Source: Octopus bimaculoides (Eukaryota). Taken from it: a stretch of 64,000 nucleotides of DNA. Shown in pieces: positions 43,163-55,560 of this stretch. The notes below the pieces were generated by a model that ran no database searches, was not told where the DNA came from, and worked only from the letters and a program-made list of their open reading frames with translations. Both the position numbers and the translations under genes were made by a program. The number at the start of each line of letters is the position of its first letter. Position 1 is the stretch's first letter. The DNA is taken from assembly GCF_001194135.2 (NCBI RefSeq), contig NC_068986.1, positions 71,638,826 through 71,702,825 on the forward strand, in the 5' to 3' direction.

Positions 43163-43727
43163 NNNNNNNNNNNNNNNNNNNNNNNNNNNNNNNNNNNNNN
43201 NNNNNNNNNNNNNNNNNNNNNNNNNNNNNNNNNNNNNNNNNNNNNNNNNNNNNNNNNNNNNNNNNNNNNNNNNNNNNNNNNNNNNNNNNNNNNNNNNNNN
43301 NNNNNNNNNNNNNNNNNNNNNNNNNNNNNNNNNNNNNNNNNNNNNNNNNNNNNNNNNNNNNNNNNNNNNNNNNNNNNNNNNNNNNNNNNNNNNNNNNNNN
43401 NNNNNNNNNNNNNNNNNNNNNNNNNNNNNNNNNNNNNNNNNNNNNNNNNNNNNNNNNNNNNNNNNNNNNNNNNNNNNNNNNNNNNNNNNNNNNNNNNNNN
43501 NNNNNNNNNNNNNNNNNNNNNNNNNNNNNNNNNNNNNNNNNNNNNNNNNNNNNNNNNNNNNNNNNNNNNNNNNNNNNNNNNNNNNNNNNNNNNNNNNNNN
43601 NNNNNNNNNNNNNNNNNNNNNNNNNNNNNNNNNNNNNNNNNNNNNNNNNNNNNNNNNNNNNNNNNNNNNNNNNNNNNNNNNNNNNNNNNNNNNNNNNNNN
43701 NNNNNNNNNNNNNNNNNNNNNNNNNNN

Positions 43728-43770
<43 letters not shown>

Positions 43771-45169
43771 ATGTATATATGCAGCGTATATTTCTTACTG
43801 TAGAAAAATATAACATATGAAGCCGTAAATAAAAATATTAAAGAAAAGATGAAAAAGATGCAAATTCAGTTACGATGACATATTATACGTAGCGAATCAC
43901 CACAATGAACAAATGATTGCTGTTTAACCGAGAAGGCATGCTTTCTCGTCTCACGAAGAGTAACGCTATTTCCGTAATATTTCCAATATTTATACATTGT
44001 GTGTGTGTATGTATGCACATATATGTGTATGTTTACATGAATATATATGTAGATAGACTGACCGACATACACACAGATAGATACATACATAGATAGATAG
44101 ATAGAATTANNNNNNNNNNAAAGAGGAAAATGGAAAATCTTTTAGAATTATTTATTCGCCATTAAGCGTGTTTCATTTTCTAATAGAAGTTACAACATTG
44201 TACATGTAACAGAAAACATGTAAGATATCTCCTATCAAAAATTCTTCAGAGTATTATTTGCTACTCTGTCTGTAAGAATTTCTAATAGGCGATATCTTAC
44301 ATGTTTTCTATTTCATGTACAATTTTGTAACTCTTGTTAGCATTTGAAATATGGAAGGACGACTAAATAATAATAATATATATCCAATCTCCTGTTTTGA
44401 TATACCAGTACGTTCAACTCTTATGCATACTTCACACAAAAACAGTATCTCCAAATTGATTTGGAATACTGAAAAAGCTGATGTGCTTCAAGAGGACACA
44501 CCTTCGATTTACCCTATTTACATATCTACATAATACATACATACACATACACAAATATGCGTGTGTGCGCGCGCACATGCCTGTGCGTGTTTGTACGTTA
44601 TATATAACGCAAGTACGTGCGTTTTGTGTGTGTAACATATACATTAATACATATACAAACAATGAATCGTGAAACTATTGTTACTCTTTACACTTCATGT
44701 TAATTAAACTTTCATTCATTGAATGTCTTTCATATGGGATGAGATTCTCATTCTGCACAATTTTAGTTATTGCTGCTTATACTATCATTGTACTGCCCCG
44801 CTTAAGTCCTGATACAACTTGTGAAGGAAAATATATTACTTCATTGCAAAAATATTTAAAATATATTAAGAGAGAAGCATCACTTACCTCTCTATATTTT
44901 CTCTATATTTCAACAACCGACAAATAAAACTTCACCACGACATTTACAAATAACATCTGTCATAGAAACAGCACACTCAACACACACATGCTCACACACA
45001 CACATATCTATAAATGTATATGTATTGTTGTGTGTGAGTGCTTTTCAAAAGGAAAGGTTTCTCTATAACGTAATATATTACTTAAATTCTGAATAGTTGC
45101 TTTGTATACCTATGCCCACAATTGAAATACTTTGACATACATGAATAATTTAGACTACATGAAGAAAAA

Positions 45170-45720
45170 GCCAACCGACTCTACTTTTGCTACTACAATT
45201 TTTATTCGAGAACTCTTACATGCTAATTTATTTAGCAGGAACTTCATTTTGAGATATGGTGACATTTCTCTTCAAATCTCAAGAATCTTCGTTAGGATTC
45301 TTACTGAATACAGGATGGTATTTTCTGCAGATCACTTATGCTTCTCTCAATTCCAATAGCAGCCTCTGCGGCGTCTTAGATAGCAATTTGAGTGTCGTAT
45401 GATGTGTGCCAATTACCATAGGAACAATCGTCACCTTTGTTTTTCAAAAGCGCTTCATCTTTCTTGCCAGGTTCTTATGTTTTTCAGTTTTCTGAAGTTC
45501 TTTCATATACATTCCAGCACCATATTGTATTTGAAACTCTTTGTTCTGATAATGTTTATTTTTTTCTCTTTTATGGATATATTTTATCTATTTGCTTCAG
45601 TAGTATGGTTAGTCTTTATGGAAAAATCTTCTAGAATCCTGTAATTGTAATTCATCTTCACAACTTCTGGTTCTTGGTCACATTTTCCTGTCACTTTGAG
45701 TCCACAAACTTCGCAATGTA
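45170..45720 (-). mobile_element. Dong/R4-clade non-LTR 3' fragment C (restriction-like endonuclease end), decayed
   Basis: Minus strand KHKNLARKMKRF*KTKVTIVPMVIGT...ILYSVRILTKILEI* matches the C-terminal KY.DLA.E..RLW..KV.V.PIVIG.LG...ALL.SARILR.VLE pattern. Confidence 0.7.
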
Positions 45721-46018
45721 CACTTTATGAATAAAATCATTCAATTAGCAAAGCTTTTGCAAAATAATTGTGGTAACGAAAGCAGTCACGGAAGAAAGAG
45801 AGTATTAGTCTGCTTACAGTATACTAATGTTAGTGAATGAAAGTTTGCGATTTACTCGGGTTGTTTTTCTTCACGAAGTCAAAAATATTGAAGAGCGTAA
45901 CAACTAATCCCTCCTGGTTGTGGGAATGCAAGGCTCGCTTAAAAGGTAAGTAATCTTTTCGTCTCCTTTTCCACAGATTCTGTGTATGCTCTCTGACTAA
46001 TTAGCAATTCAGCCACAT

Positions 46019-46100
<82 letters not shown>

Positions 46101-46128
46101 TAATAATAATAATAATAATAATAATAAT
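46019..46128. repeat. (TAA)n microsatellite, 5' flank of Dong element
   Basis: Direct reading. Confidence 0.95.
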
Positions 46129-46834
46129 AGAGCAAGCACTAAGAACAAACTACGTAAAATACAGAGTAGACAACACATCAGAAAGTGATAAGTGCAGAAT
46201 TTGTGGACAAAATGGTGAAACCGTATGGCATATTACCAATCAATGTACGCCACTAGCCCAGAAGAAATATAAGAAATGCCACGACAATATAGCCAGGTTT
46301 GTCCATTGGACACTTCGCAACAACTATGGACTTGACAGAGAAAAAATTGGTACGACCACAAACCCGAAGGCATCATTGAAAATGATAATGCAAGGATCCT
46401 GTGGGATGTTATGATTCAGTGCGACCATGCGAAAGAGAATAGGAAGCCAGACATAGCCTTGAGAAAGAAACCAAACTATGTTGGATCATAGATACAGCAT
46501 GCTCAGCTGACAACAAGATATGCGATAAGAAAGAAATAAAAGTCGACAGGTATTACGGGTTAGCTTGGAAGGTAAAGCAGTTGTGGTCGATGAAAAAGGT
46601 GGTAGTTGTACCAATAATTGTTGGAACCTTGGAAACAGTGAGTAAAAATCTCGAGAAGTACATGGAACAAATAGGAGCTGCAATAAGGGTGGAGCACTTG
46701 CAGAAAACAGCACTGCTTGGAACCGCTCGAATACTCTGGAAGGTGCTCGAAAAATAAGAGGTGTTACCTTAGTTCATTGGTAATGAACAGCTGGCACCGT
46801 AGTACATCTCCAGCGTTAGACGCTGTGCAAAGGC
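46129..46834 (+). mobile_element. Dong/R4-clade non-LTR retrotransposon, 5'-truncated copy D (CCHC finger, REL endonuclease, 3' UTR)
   Basis: EQALRTN..CRICGQNGETVWHITNQC..HDNIARFVHW; after a frameshift WYDHKPEGIIEN..ILWD..IQCDH..RKPDI; after a second frameshift WIIDTA..VVVVPIIVGTL..LQKTALLGTARILWKVLEK* (TAA 46755-46757). A 77-nt 3' UTR follows, then (AAT)n. Confidence 0.92.
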
Positions 46835-46919
<85 letters not shown>

Positions 46920-46932
46920 TATTATTATTATT
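46835..46932. repeat. (AAT)n microsatellite, 3' flank/tail of Dong element
   Basis: Direct reading. Confidence 0.95.
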
Positions 46933-47744
46933 CAGGGGGCCACGACCGAGTTGGATTTTTCTGCCCTGTACCCACTACATTGACAGAGCTTGAATTTCAT
47001 TTTTCTGTATATGTGTCTGTGTGTTTGTGCCCCCACTCTCTCTCTACGAACATCATCAATATAGCTTGTCTTCATCCTCTATTAAGAGCGTGAAAGTTTC
47101 CAAACGAAAGTACCTGCTATTCAGAAGTTCAACTAAACAGATTCTTTGAATCAATCATCTCTTGTCATCTATACATCTTAACATTTTGTACTCTAAAAGC
47201 TGCTTATAAACGTCATTGCACCGTTTTGCAACATTTCAATAGAGGAATCTACGCACATCAATTCAAGCCAAGTATCACTCACACCAACACCACCATTCTC
47301 TCAATACCTTCGAAAATCATTATAGCCTATACAAGATTATAATGAAGATTAAACGTTAATAATTAAAATGAAGGTACATGTAACAGGACTTCATGTTATT
47401 GAGGAAATTTTCAATAAACAGCAACTTTATCTTTCAAATTCAATAATGATGCCATAAAAACTAAGCAATGACGTTCAGTTAACTACATGTGAAATTCACT
47501 GACTGACATCAGCAAAAGGCTGACGGATCAGAGTTAATTCTGATTCAACTAGAACTAAAGGAAGTAGATCTGGGCAGTCGAACAGACAGGAGAAAGGAAT
47601 CGAATGTCGTAGAACAGCTGATCTGCTGTACTCAGGCAATCAGCTGTTTGATTGTCACACATATCAATATTTGAGTCAGCAGCACAAAAAGACAAAGGCT
47701 GCTTTTATCTAAAGGGCTAAATTATGGCAGATAACATTTGTATA

Positions 47745-47802
<58 letters not shown>

Positions 47803-48317
47803 CCCAACTCNNNNNNNNNNNNNNNNNNNNNNNNNNNNNNNNNNNNNNNNNNNNNNNNNNNNNNNNNNNNNNNNNNNNNNNNNNNNNNNNNNNNNNNNNN
47901 NNNNNNNNNNNNNNNNNNNNNNNNNNNNNNNNNNNNNNNNNNNNNNNNNNNNNNNNNNNNNNNNNNNNNNNNNNNNNNNNNNNNNNNNNNNNNNNNNNNN
48001 NNNNNNNNNNNNNNNNNNNNNNNNNNNNNNNNNNNNNNNNNNNNNNNNNNNNNNNNNNNNNNNNNNNNNNNNNNNNNNNNNNNNNNNNNNNNNNNNNNNN
48101 NNNNNNNNNNNNNNNNNNNNNNNNNNNNNNNNNNNNNNNNNNNNNNNNNNNNNNNNNNNNNNNNNNNNNNNNNNNNNNNNNNNNNNNNNNNNNNNNNNNN
48201 NNNNNNNNNNNNNNNNNNNNNNNNNNNNNNNNNNNNNNNNNNNNNNNNNNNNNNNNNNNNNNNNNNNNNNNNNNNNNNNNNNNNNNNNNNNNNNNNNNNN
48301 NNNCACACACACACACG

Positions 48318-48366
<49 letters not shown>

Positions 48367-49814
48367 CATTACGAGTGGTTTCAAGAACAAAACACGACTA
48401 ACCAATACTTAATGTATGGTATTGCACTACTATTTGTGCATGACTTTAATTTTAATACAAAGTTCCAAGATGAAGATAATCATCAGATTACTAATGCGTA
48501 TATATTATTGAAATAGATTATTATGAAATACCATTCACCAAATATTCAATTTAACATAGCAAAAAGTACAAAAAAGTGCAAGAAAGTGAAAAAATTACAA
48601 AAAGTGCGAGCAACTTTAAGGGTAAATATTTCACAAAGATATAGTCCACTGTTGTTTAACATAAATATTATTAGAGAAAGTTTCACTTTCACTCCCAGCA
48701 ATTAGAATATTTTATCTAAATAATCTAATTATAAAAACATAAATACTCATATGGGATTTATGCCCTCGAAATAACAACTGTCAAAGTGTTTCAGCGAGTT
48801 ACCAATAATTTTGATTTCAAATTCCAATAATAAAGAAGATAATATAACTGAATACTAAATTACTATAAAAGGAAACTTTTATGGACCACTACGTTAATTC
48901 TTCCTAAATGTAGATGAGAAAATTACTACAGAGGTTCCATATGATATACGGAAGTTGTGAGACAGTCGTACTTTTAAAATAAATTATTAAATCATAAGCT
49001 ATAATAAGCATAAAATGTTTTAACCAATGTACGACTGAAAGATTTCTCGTGTTAATTAATGTCATAATATTAACCAACGCCTTAAATAAATGTTTTGAAA
49101 CTTTTACGAAAAATGTAAACATTTGAACAAATTTCATTTTAGACATATTTAGTAGCTCTAACTTAATCGTTTGAGGAAGATTTAGACGGAAGTTTCATAC
49201 GTGCTCTTCAGTGTTCAACAAAATCAATTCCTCCTCCAACATGATATTAGTCTACGGGCATTTTCCTTTCCCCACTCTTCTCATTAAATTATAAAGTGTA
49301 CGTATACATTTAAATATATCAATTGAATTTAATTAAATCCATACAAGACTGTATACATAAATGCGTAAGTGTATCCGTGCTTGTTTTATGGAAGCAACAG
49401 TTAGATCGATGGTGACCGAAGACATTTATTCATATAAAATTTAATAGCGTTCAGTATCGATGTTGAAACTTCCAGCTGGGTTTAACGATAACATTTTGAG
49501 AAGAAAAATATGGTTCGAGTAAACGTTCTTAGAAATGCAATTGGAACATATGGCAGTGTTTCTACTTCTCTATGCAAATAAGAAATATTAATGAAGGAAA
49601 ATGAATTATATATACTCATAATATATATATATTTCATTATATATATATATATATATATATACATANNNNNNNNNNNNNNNNNNNNNNNNNNNNNNNNNNN
49701 NNNNNNNNNNNNNNNNNNNNNNNNNNNNNNNNNNNNNNNNNNNNNNNNNNNNNNNNNNNNNNNNNNNNNNNNNNNNNNNNNNNNNNNNNNNNNNNNNNNN
49801 NNNNATATATATAC

Positions 49815-49940
49815 GGAGAGAGAGAGAGAGCGAGAGAGAGAGAGAGCGAGAGAGAGAGAGAGCGAGAGAGAGAGCGAGAGAGAGAGAGCGAGAGAGAGAG
49901 AGAGCGAGAGAGAGAGAGAGAGCGAGAGAGAGAGAGAGAG
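49815..49940. repeat. (GA)n with periodic GC interruptions
   Basis: Direct reading. Confidence 0.9.
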
Positions 49941-52633
49941 TGATATATATTTTCCTTTACTAAATTTTCTTCAATTGCTTGTAAGCAAAAGAGATATTTA
50001 CACCACATCACCGTCCCCAGTGCATTTACAAGAACGTTACTTCAACCATATATTTTTCGTTCGAAGTTTATCTCAATATGCTTTCACTCAGCCTAGCTGG
50101 ATATTTATGGCACGTCGCCAGCTATACTGAACTCTAGTAATAATATTTATTTAAATAAATTTCTTCGGTCATTGTCCATGCCTTCATAAAACAAGCATAG
50201 GCATATATTCACACACAGATATATACATAATGTATTATAACGATATAGTTTGTTTAAATCATAGTGCAGTAGGGTTAAACGTGATTTAGGATGCGACTGC
50301 TGTGCAGGTTGGAATTGCAAGAACGAAAAGCAGCAAAACAGAAACAAAAAAGTTTACACTTCTATTTTCTATTACAATATTTCGGCTAAAAATCTTTTAT
50401 CAGGAAATATGAAGAATGGATCTATTTTTTACTTAGTTTCGCATCTCACAACACATCTGCTCCGCATAAGACAAGGTAATTCTCTTCAGCACATTCGACC
50501 AATCAACATACTATTTCCGCACCAATAATAAACACGTTTCACCTGTAATACATATCCTCTAATGATGCTTCATATTCAACCACATCGTATATTCTCCCCT
50601 GCTTCACTACGTTTTGCCAGTAGGTTAATGGACAGACCTAAGTTTTGCTAGTAGGTTAATGGACAACCTAAGACATGACTAAATTATGTATACATCGTTG
50701 TAGACTATGAGGAGATTTAAATATGTTCCTATTTGATTGGGCTACTATTAGCGTTAAAAGATAACAACATTAATAACTACACTGCAATTTTTCATTCAGT
50801 AACGATGAATTAAACCACTTCATCTCGTTCACCAATATTTTCGCTTTGCATTTGCATTTGTTTCCATTATATCTGACATACGTGTTAGTTTCCTACATAC
50901 CATTACCGACAGTTCCTTGTATTACAAGTCCACTCATATGTCAATTATTGTTATTTTCTTGCCACAAGCGTTTCTGTTTCAAACGTGCCTTCCCTACCCA
51001 CATCAAGCCTGCACAGTATTCTACCAAACAGATGCACACCTTAAAACTGAATTCCTTTTTTCGTTACCTTCCTCTCGATCACGCGTCGTTTAAAAACTCA
51101 CTCTCCGAAGCATTTGCTTTCTTCTCTGAACCCGTGATCGCCCGCTTTTCTCTTTGGGAAATAATATAGATAAACGCAATCTCTCGACCAGAAGTCTCTT
51201 CGTTTCTCTCTATATAATCAGATACTTTCAAATACTGTCGTTGAAGTTACAACACTTGTAACTTCAAATCTGATACCACAGCACTAACTTCATGAAATTT
51301 CATCACAATGTCACTCAACCTGATCTCTGACAATCTCATCTGCTGCATTGGATAAAAAAAGGTATTAAATACGTGCGAAACTTGATGCCATCTAATAAAT
51401 AATTTTCGTCTTATTCCCCTTAATATCTGCAGTAATACTAAGGATATTTGCAAACCCGTGGTCGTCAATTTACTTTGTTACGACGTGTTTTTCTGTATTT
51501 GTTAGGGCTTGCTACACATTACAGATCAAATCACATCTGCTGTTATAAGGAGAAGTCACTTTATATTTGGCATGGCATCTCCAGCAAGCATAGGAAATGG
51601 CTTTTGCTATCCGTACTCATTTGTTTAAAATGTCATCAATCCTTTCTATTTTACATATTCCCGAGCGTACTTGCTGATATGAGAACACGTGAACCTATTC
51701 TCATACCTTGCATAGCGTCATCCTTATTCTTCCTTACATGCTTGTCTACCTAATGTTTGTGTAACCGTAATTTTATATGTATCTATTTATGTATCTTAAT
51801 ATTTTGCTTAGGCTTTGTGATACTAGGTGTAGAACTCAGTACACCTATGCTTCAGAACGATATGTTGGTCGAGGGCAGAACGGTAATAAGAAAATGAGAA
51901 AGAATTAAACGATTATCTTATGAACATATCCAAGGGTCCGATGAAACTATAAGCTGTTACTTTGGCATTCAACTACAAGTTCACTGCATCTTATAGTAAT
52001 AACAGTTGTAAGCTAATGACGTTCGTAAGATATTCATTTAATTCCTTTATTTATGTATGTACATGTGTGTGTATTTATGTGATTGTGGTCATACACATAC
52101 AGCATATCTTAATATGTTGCAATCTCTATATAACTGATTACTGTTCCATTTCTCACAGTTCTTCACATCGTAAATCTGGCTGTTAGCTTTCTACTAAAAT
52201 ACGTTTCATTTGGCTATTTCTTCCCTTACTTTTCCTACTCTCTTATCTCTTTTCTCCCTTGCTTATTCAAGACATTTATTTGGTCAGTGAAATCCTAATC
52301 ATTCTCTGCAAAAAGAATTTGCTAGAAAAGGCAGTACTCCCGTGTCCCATTAGCATTCAAAATCGTCTAGCATAATTAAATGCCAATTGTTTTTTTTTAA
52401 ATGTACTACATTCAGTCGATAAACATAAACAAGCAATTACAAATATATTGTAACAACAGCTGAACAAAAAATAACCATGTTTTGGAGGAAATGCATAAAA
52501 GGTTTCAACAACAGAAATACAAATGATGATAAATGTATTAACCTCACATTCATTTGAAGAGAAAGTTTGCAGCATACATATATAATAAAAAGTGAAGTAA
52601 TATGTATATGTTTGTGTGTATGTTTGTTTGCTT

Positions 52634-52674
<41 letters not shown>

Positions 52675-52723
52675 CGCGTATGTGCGCGTTTGGTGTCTGG
52701 TGTGTAAATATACATGCTCTATT

Positions 52724-52791
<68 letters not shown>

Positions 52792-55330
52792 CATACATAT
52801 TTATACACATTATATACATATATATACACACGCACACATATGTATAGATAAGTATATATATATGAATATATATGAATATACATATGTGCATACACGCAAA
52901 CACACATATACACGCATATGTATAGAAAGAAAGAGAGAGAGAAAGAGAAATTGGAGGCAAAGTTACATTTTAGTAATACTATTTATTGTTATACAAAATT
53001 GACTTATCAGGTGCATGTGAACATGTTTCAGATTATTTCTTATTGTCTTATTTAGTTAAAAACACTAAAGGAAATAAACTCACCTGCGAAATAGCATTAC
53101 TTCCATATTCTTTTCACAAAATGACGTTGGCGTTTCTATCCATGTCATTCACACTTCCACCAAAATACAATAGCCTAGACCTCTTATGTGTATAATTGTC
53201 CGACTCAATGACATTTTTTTTTAATTTGCTTGGTACAAGACTTACCAGTCACACCTCTCATATCATATCGTCAATGGAAATTTAACAAATGATTCAATAA
53301 TCAGTTAGAGTGTAAAATTATTGCTAAAGGTGGAATAAAGATGAATTTATATTTATGTCTGTGCAATAAATTAAGCAGCTAAAACTATTTTGATTGATGT
53401 GTTTGAATAACAATGAATTTAGATTTTCAGTTATTTTCTTAGCATGGAAATATTTTCATCAAATGCAGAGGTATATATTATGTGGAAATATCGAATTAAA
53501 GTTTCTAATTCTGATTTATACTTATACTGACACAAATTTTTAATCGTTATCGTTTACGGTTCTAATGAATATTCAATATAATACTTCATATACTAAATAA
53601 ATATGTTTTATGGCAGGATTCATTATATAAAATTAAAGTATTTGTGTTGTTATGATGTACAAATATGTACTTAATTGCATAAATGCATCATATATCTACT
53701 AAATATTTATTTCATTTATATATATATATATATATNNNNNNNNNNNNNNNNNNNNNNNNNNNNNNNNNNNNNNNNNNNNNNNNNNNNNNNNNNNNNNNNN
53801 NNNNNNNNNNNNNNNNNNNNNNNNNNNNNNNNNNNNNNNNNNNNNNNNNNNNNNNNNNNNNNNNNNNNNNNNNNNNNNNNNNNNNNNNNNNNNNNNNNNN
53901 NNNNNNNNNNNNNNNNNNNNNNNNNNNNNNNNNNNNNNNNNNNNNNNNNNNNNNNNNNNNNNNNNNNNNNNNNNNNNNNNNNNNNNNNNNNNNNNNNNNN
54001 NNNNNNNNNNNNNNNNNNNNNNNNNNNNNNNNNNNNNNNNNNNNNNNNNNNNNNNNNNNNNNNNNNNNNNNNNNNNNNNNNNNNNNNNNNNNNNNNNNNN
54101 NNNNNNNNNNNNNNNNNNNNNNNNNNNNNNNNNNNNNNNNNNNNNNNNNNNNNNNNNNNNNNNNNNNNNNNNNNNNNNNNNNNNNNNNNNNNNNNNNNNN
54201 NNNNNNNNNNNNNNNNNNNNNNNNNNNNNNNNNNNNNNNNNNNNNNNNNNNNNNNNNNNNNNNNNNNNNNNNNNNNNNNNNNNNNNNNNNNNNNNNNNNN
54301 NNNNNNNNNNNNNNNNNNNNNNNNNNNNNNNNNNNNNNNNNNNNNNNNNNNNNNNNNNNNNNNNNNNNNNNNNNNNNNNNNNNNNNNNNNNNNNNNNNNN
54401 NNNNNNNNNNNNNNNNNNNNNNNNNNNNNNNNNNNNNNNNNNNNNNNNNNNNNNNNNNNNNNNNNNNNNNNNNNNNNNNNNNNNNNNNNNNNNNNNNNNN
54501 NNNNNNNNNNNNNNNNNNNNNNNNNNNNNNNNNNNNNNNNNNNNNNNNNNNNNNNNNNNNNNNNNNNNNNNNNNNNNNNNNNNNNNNNNNNNNNNNNNNN
54601 NNNNNNNNNNNNNNNNNNNNNNNATATATATATATATATATACATATAAAATACATACATACAGACATACATGCACAGGAATGAAAAAGCATGAAAGAGG
54701 AAGATAGTACTTAATACATAGTGTAAATACCTTTTCATATATTTATTTAAACTGATGTTTTGGTCATTATTCCCCACCCTGAAATCTTTTAGGCAACTAA
54801 AATAGATACTCAAACTATTGTATTCGTTTGCATTCTTACGTTTTTTCATTAGTTAATCCATTTTGATCATTGATTGATAGTAATCATAGATAATGGTACA
54901 ATCCTAACATACTCATACTGCCACATCATTTTTCCATAATAACCCTATCTGCAAATGAGACCAAACTTTCAAACATAAATTTATTTTGTTTTATACGGGA
55001 TACGACGTTGTATTTTGTGTAGTGCGACTATGTATGTAGTATGTTACCATTTATATCTATGTATTTATAAATATTCCTTAGCTTTCAAATATGTCGTGAC
55101 AAGATGTTCAATTCGCTCTATACACATTCTGAAAAGAGTGCATATGTTGCGTGTAATTGATTTTAAATGTTCAGGTCACCGCTGAGATATATATGTACTT
55201 CTGTGCATTTTAATCATCGTACATTGTGTATAGCTTTGATTTGTTTTTGCTTGTGAGTGACTAGCTATTTAGTTATATTCTGGTGTGTGTGATTTACATT
55301 CTCTGTGTAGTTGTAGCTAACTTTATTCCT

Positions 55331-55560
55331 ATTTCTTTACTGCCCACAAGGGGCTACACACAGAGGGGACAAACAAGGATAGACAAACGAATTAAGTCGA
55401 TTATATCGATCCCAGTGCGTAACTGGTACTTATTTAATCGACCCCGAAAGGATGAAAGGCAAAGTCGACTTCTGCGGAATTTGAACTCAGAACGTAGCAG
55501 CAGACGAAATACCGCTAAGCATTTCGCCCGGCATGCTAACGTTTCTGCCAGCTCGCCGCC
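55331..55560 (-). mobile_element. Young full-length tRNA-derived SINE with target-site duplication
   Basis: Minus strand GGCGGCGAGCTGGCAGAAACGTTAG (A box-like)...GAGTTCAAATTCC (B box). Flanked by direct repeat (c)tttattcct at 55321-55330 and 55560-55569. Confidence 0.92.

Noticed and set aside
47613-47648. 10-bp hairpin aacagctgat...atcagctgtt
   Set aside because: Short; expected by chance in 64 kb.
51241-51267. Perfect 12-bp hairpin ttgaagttacaa-cac-ttgtaacttcaa
   Set aside because: AT-rich, short and inside probable TE debris; no functional context.
50820-51760. Possible piggyBac-like transposase relic on the minus strand
   Set aside because: Only vague similarity; no catalytic motif could be aligned.
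53084-53174. Strong minus-strand donor CAG|GTGAGT in the long intron, tested as a third M2 variant or cassette exon
   Set aside because: 91 nt, stop codon in the required phase-1 frame, poor polypyrimidine tract and no M2 similarity.
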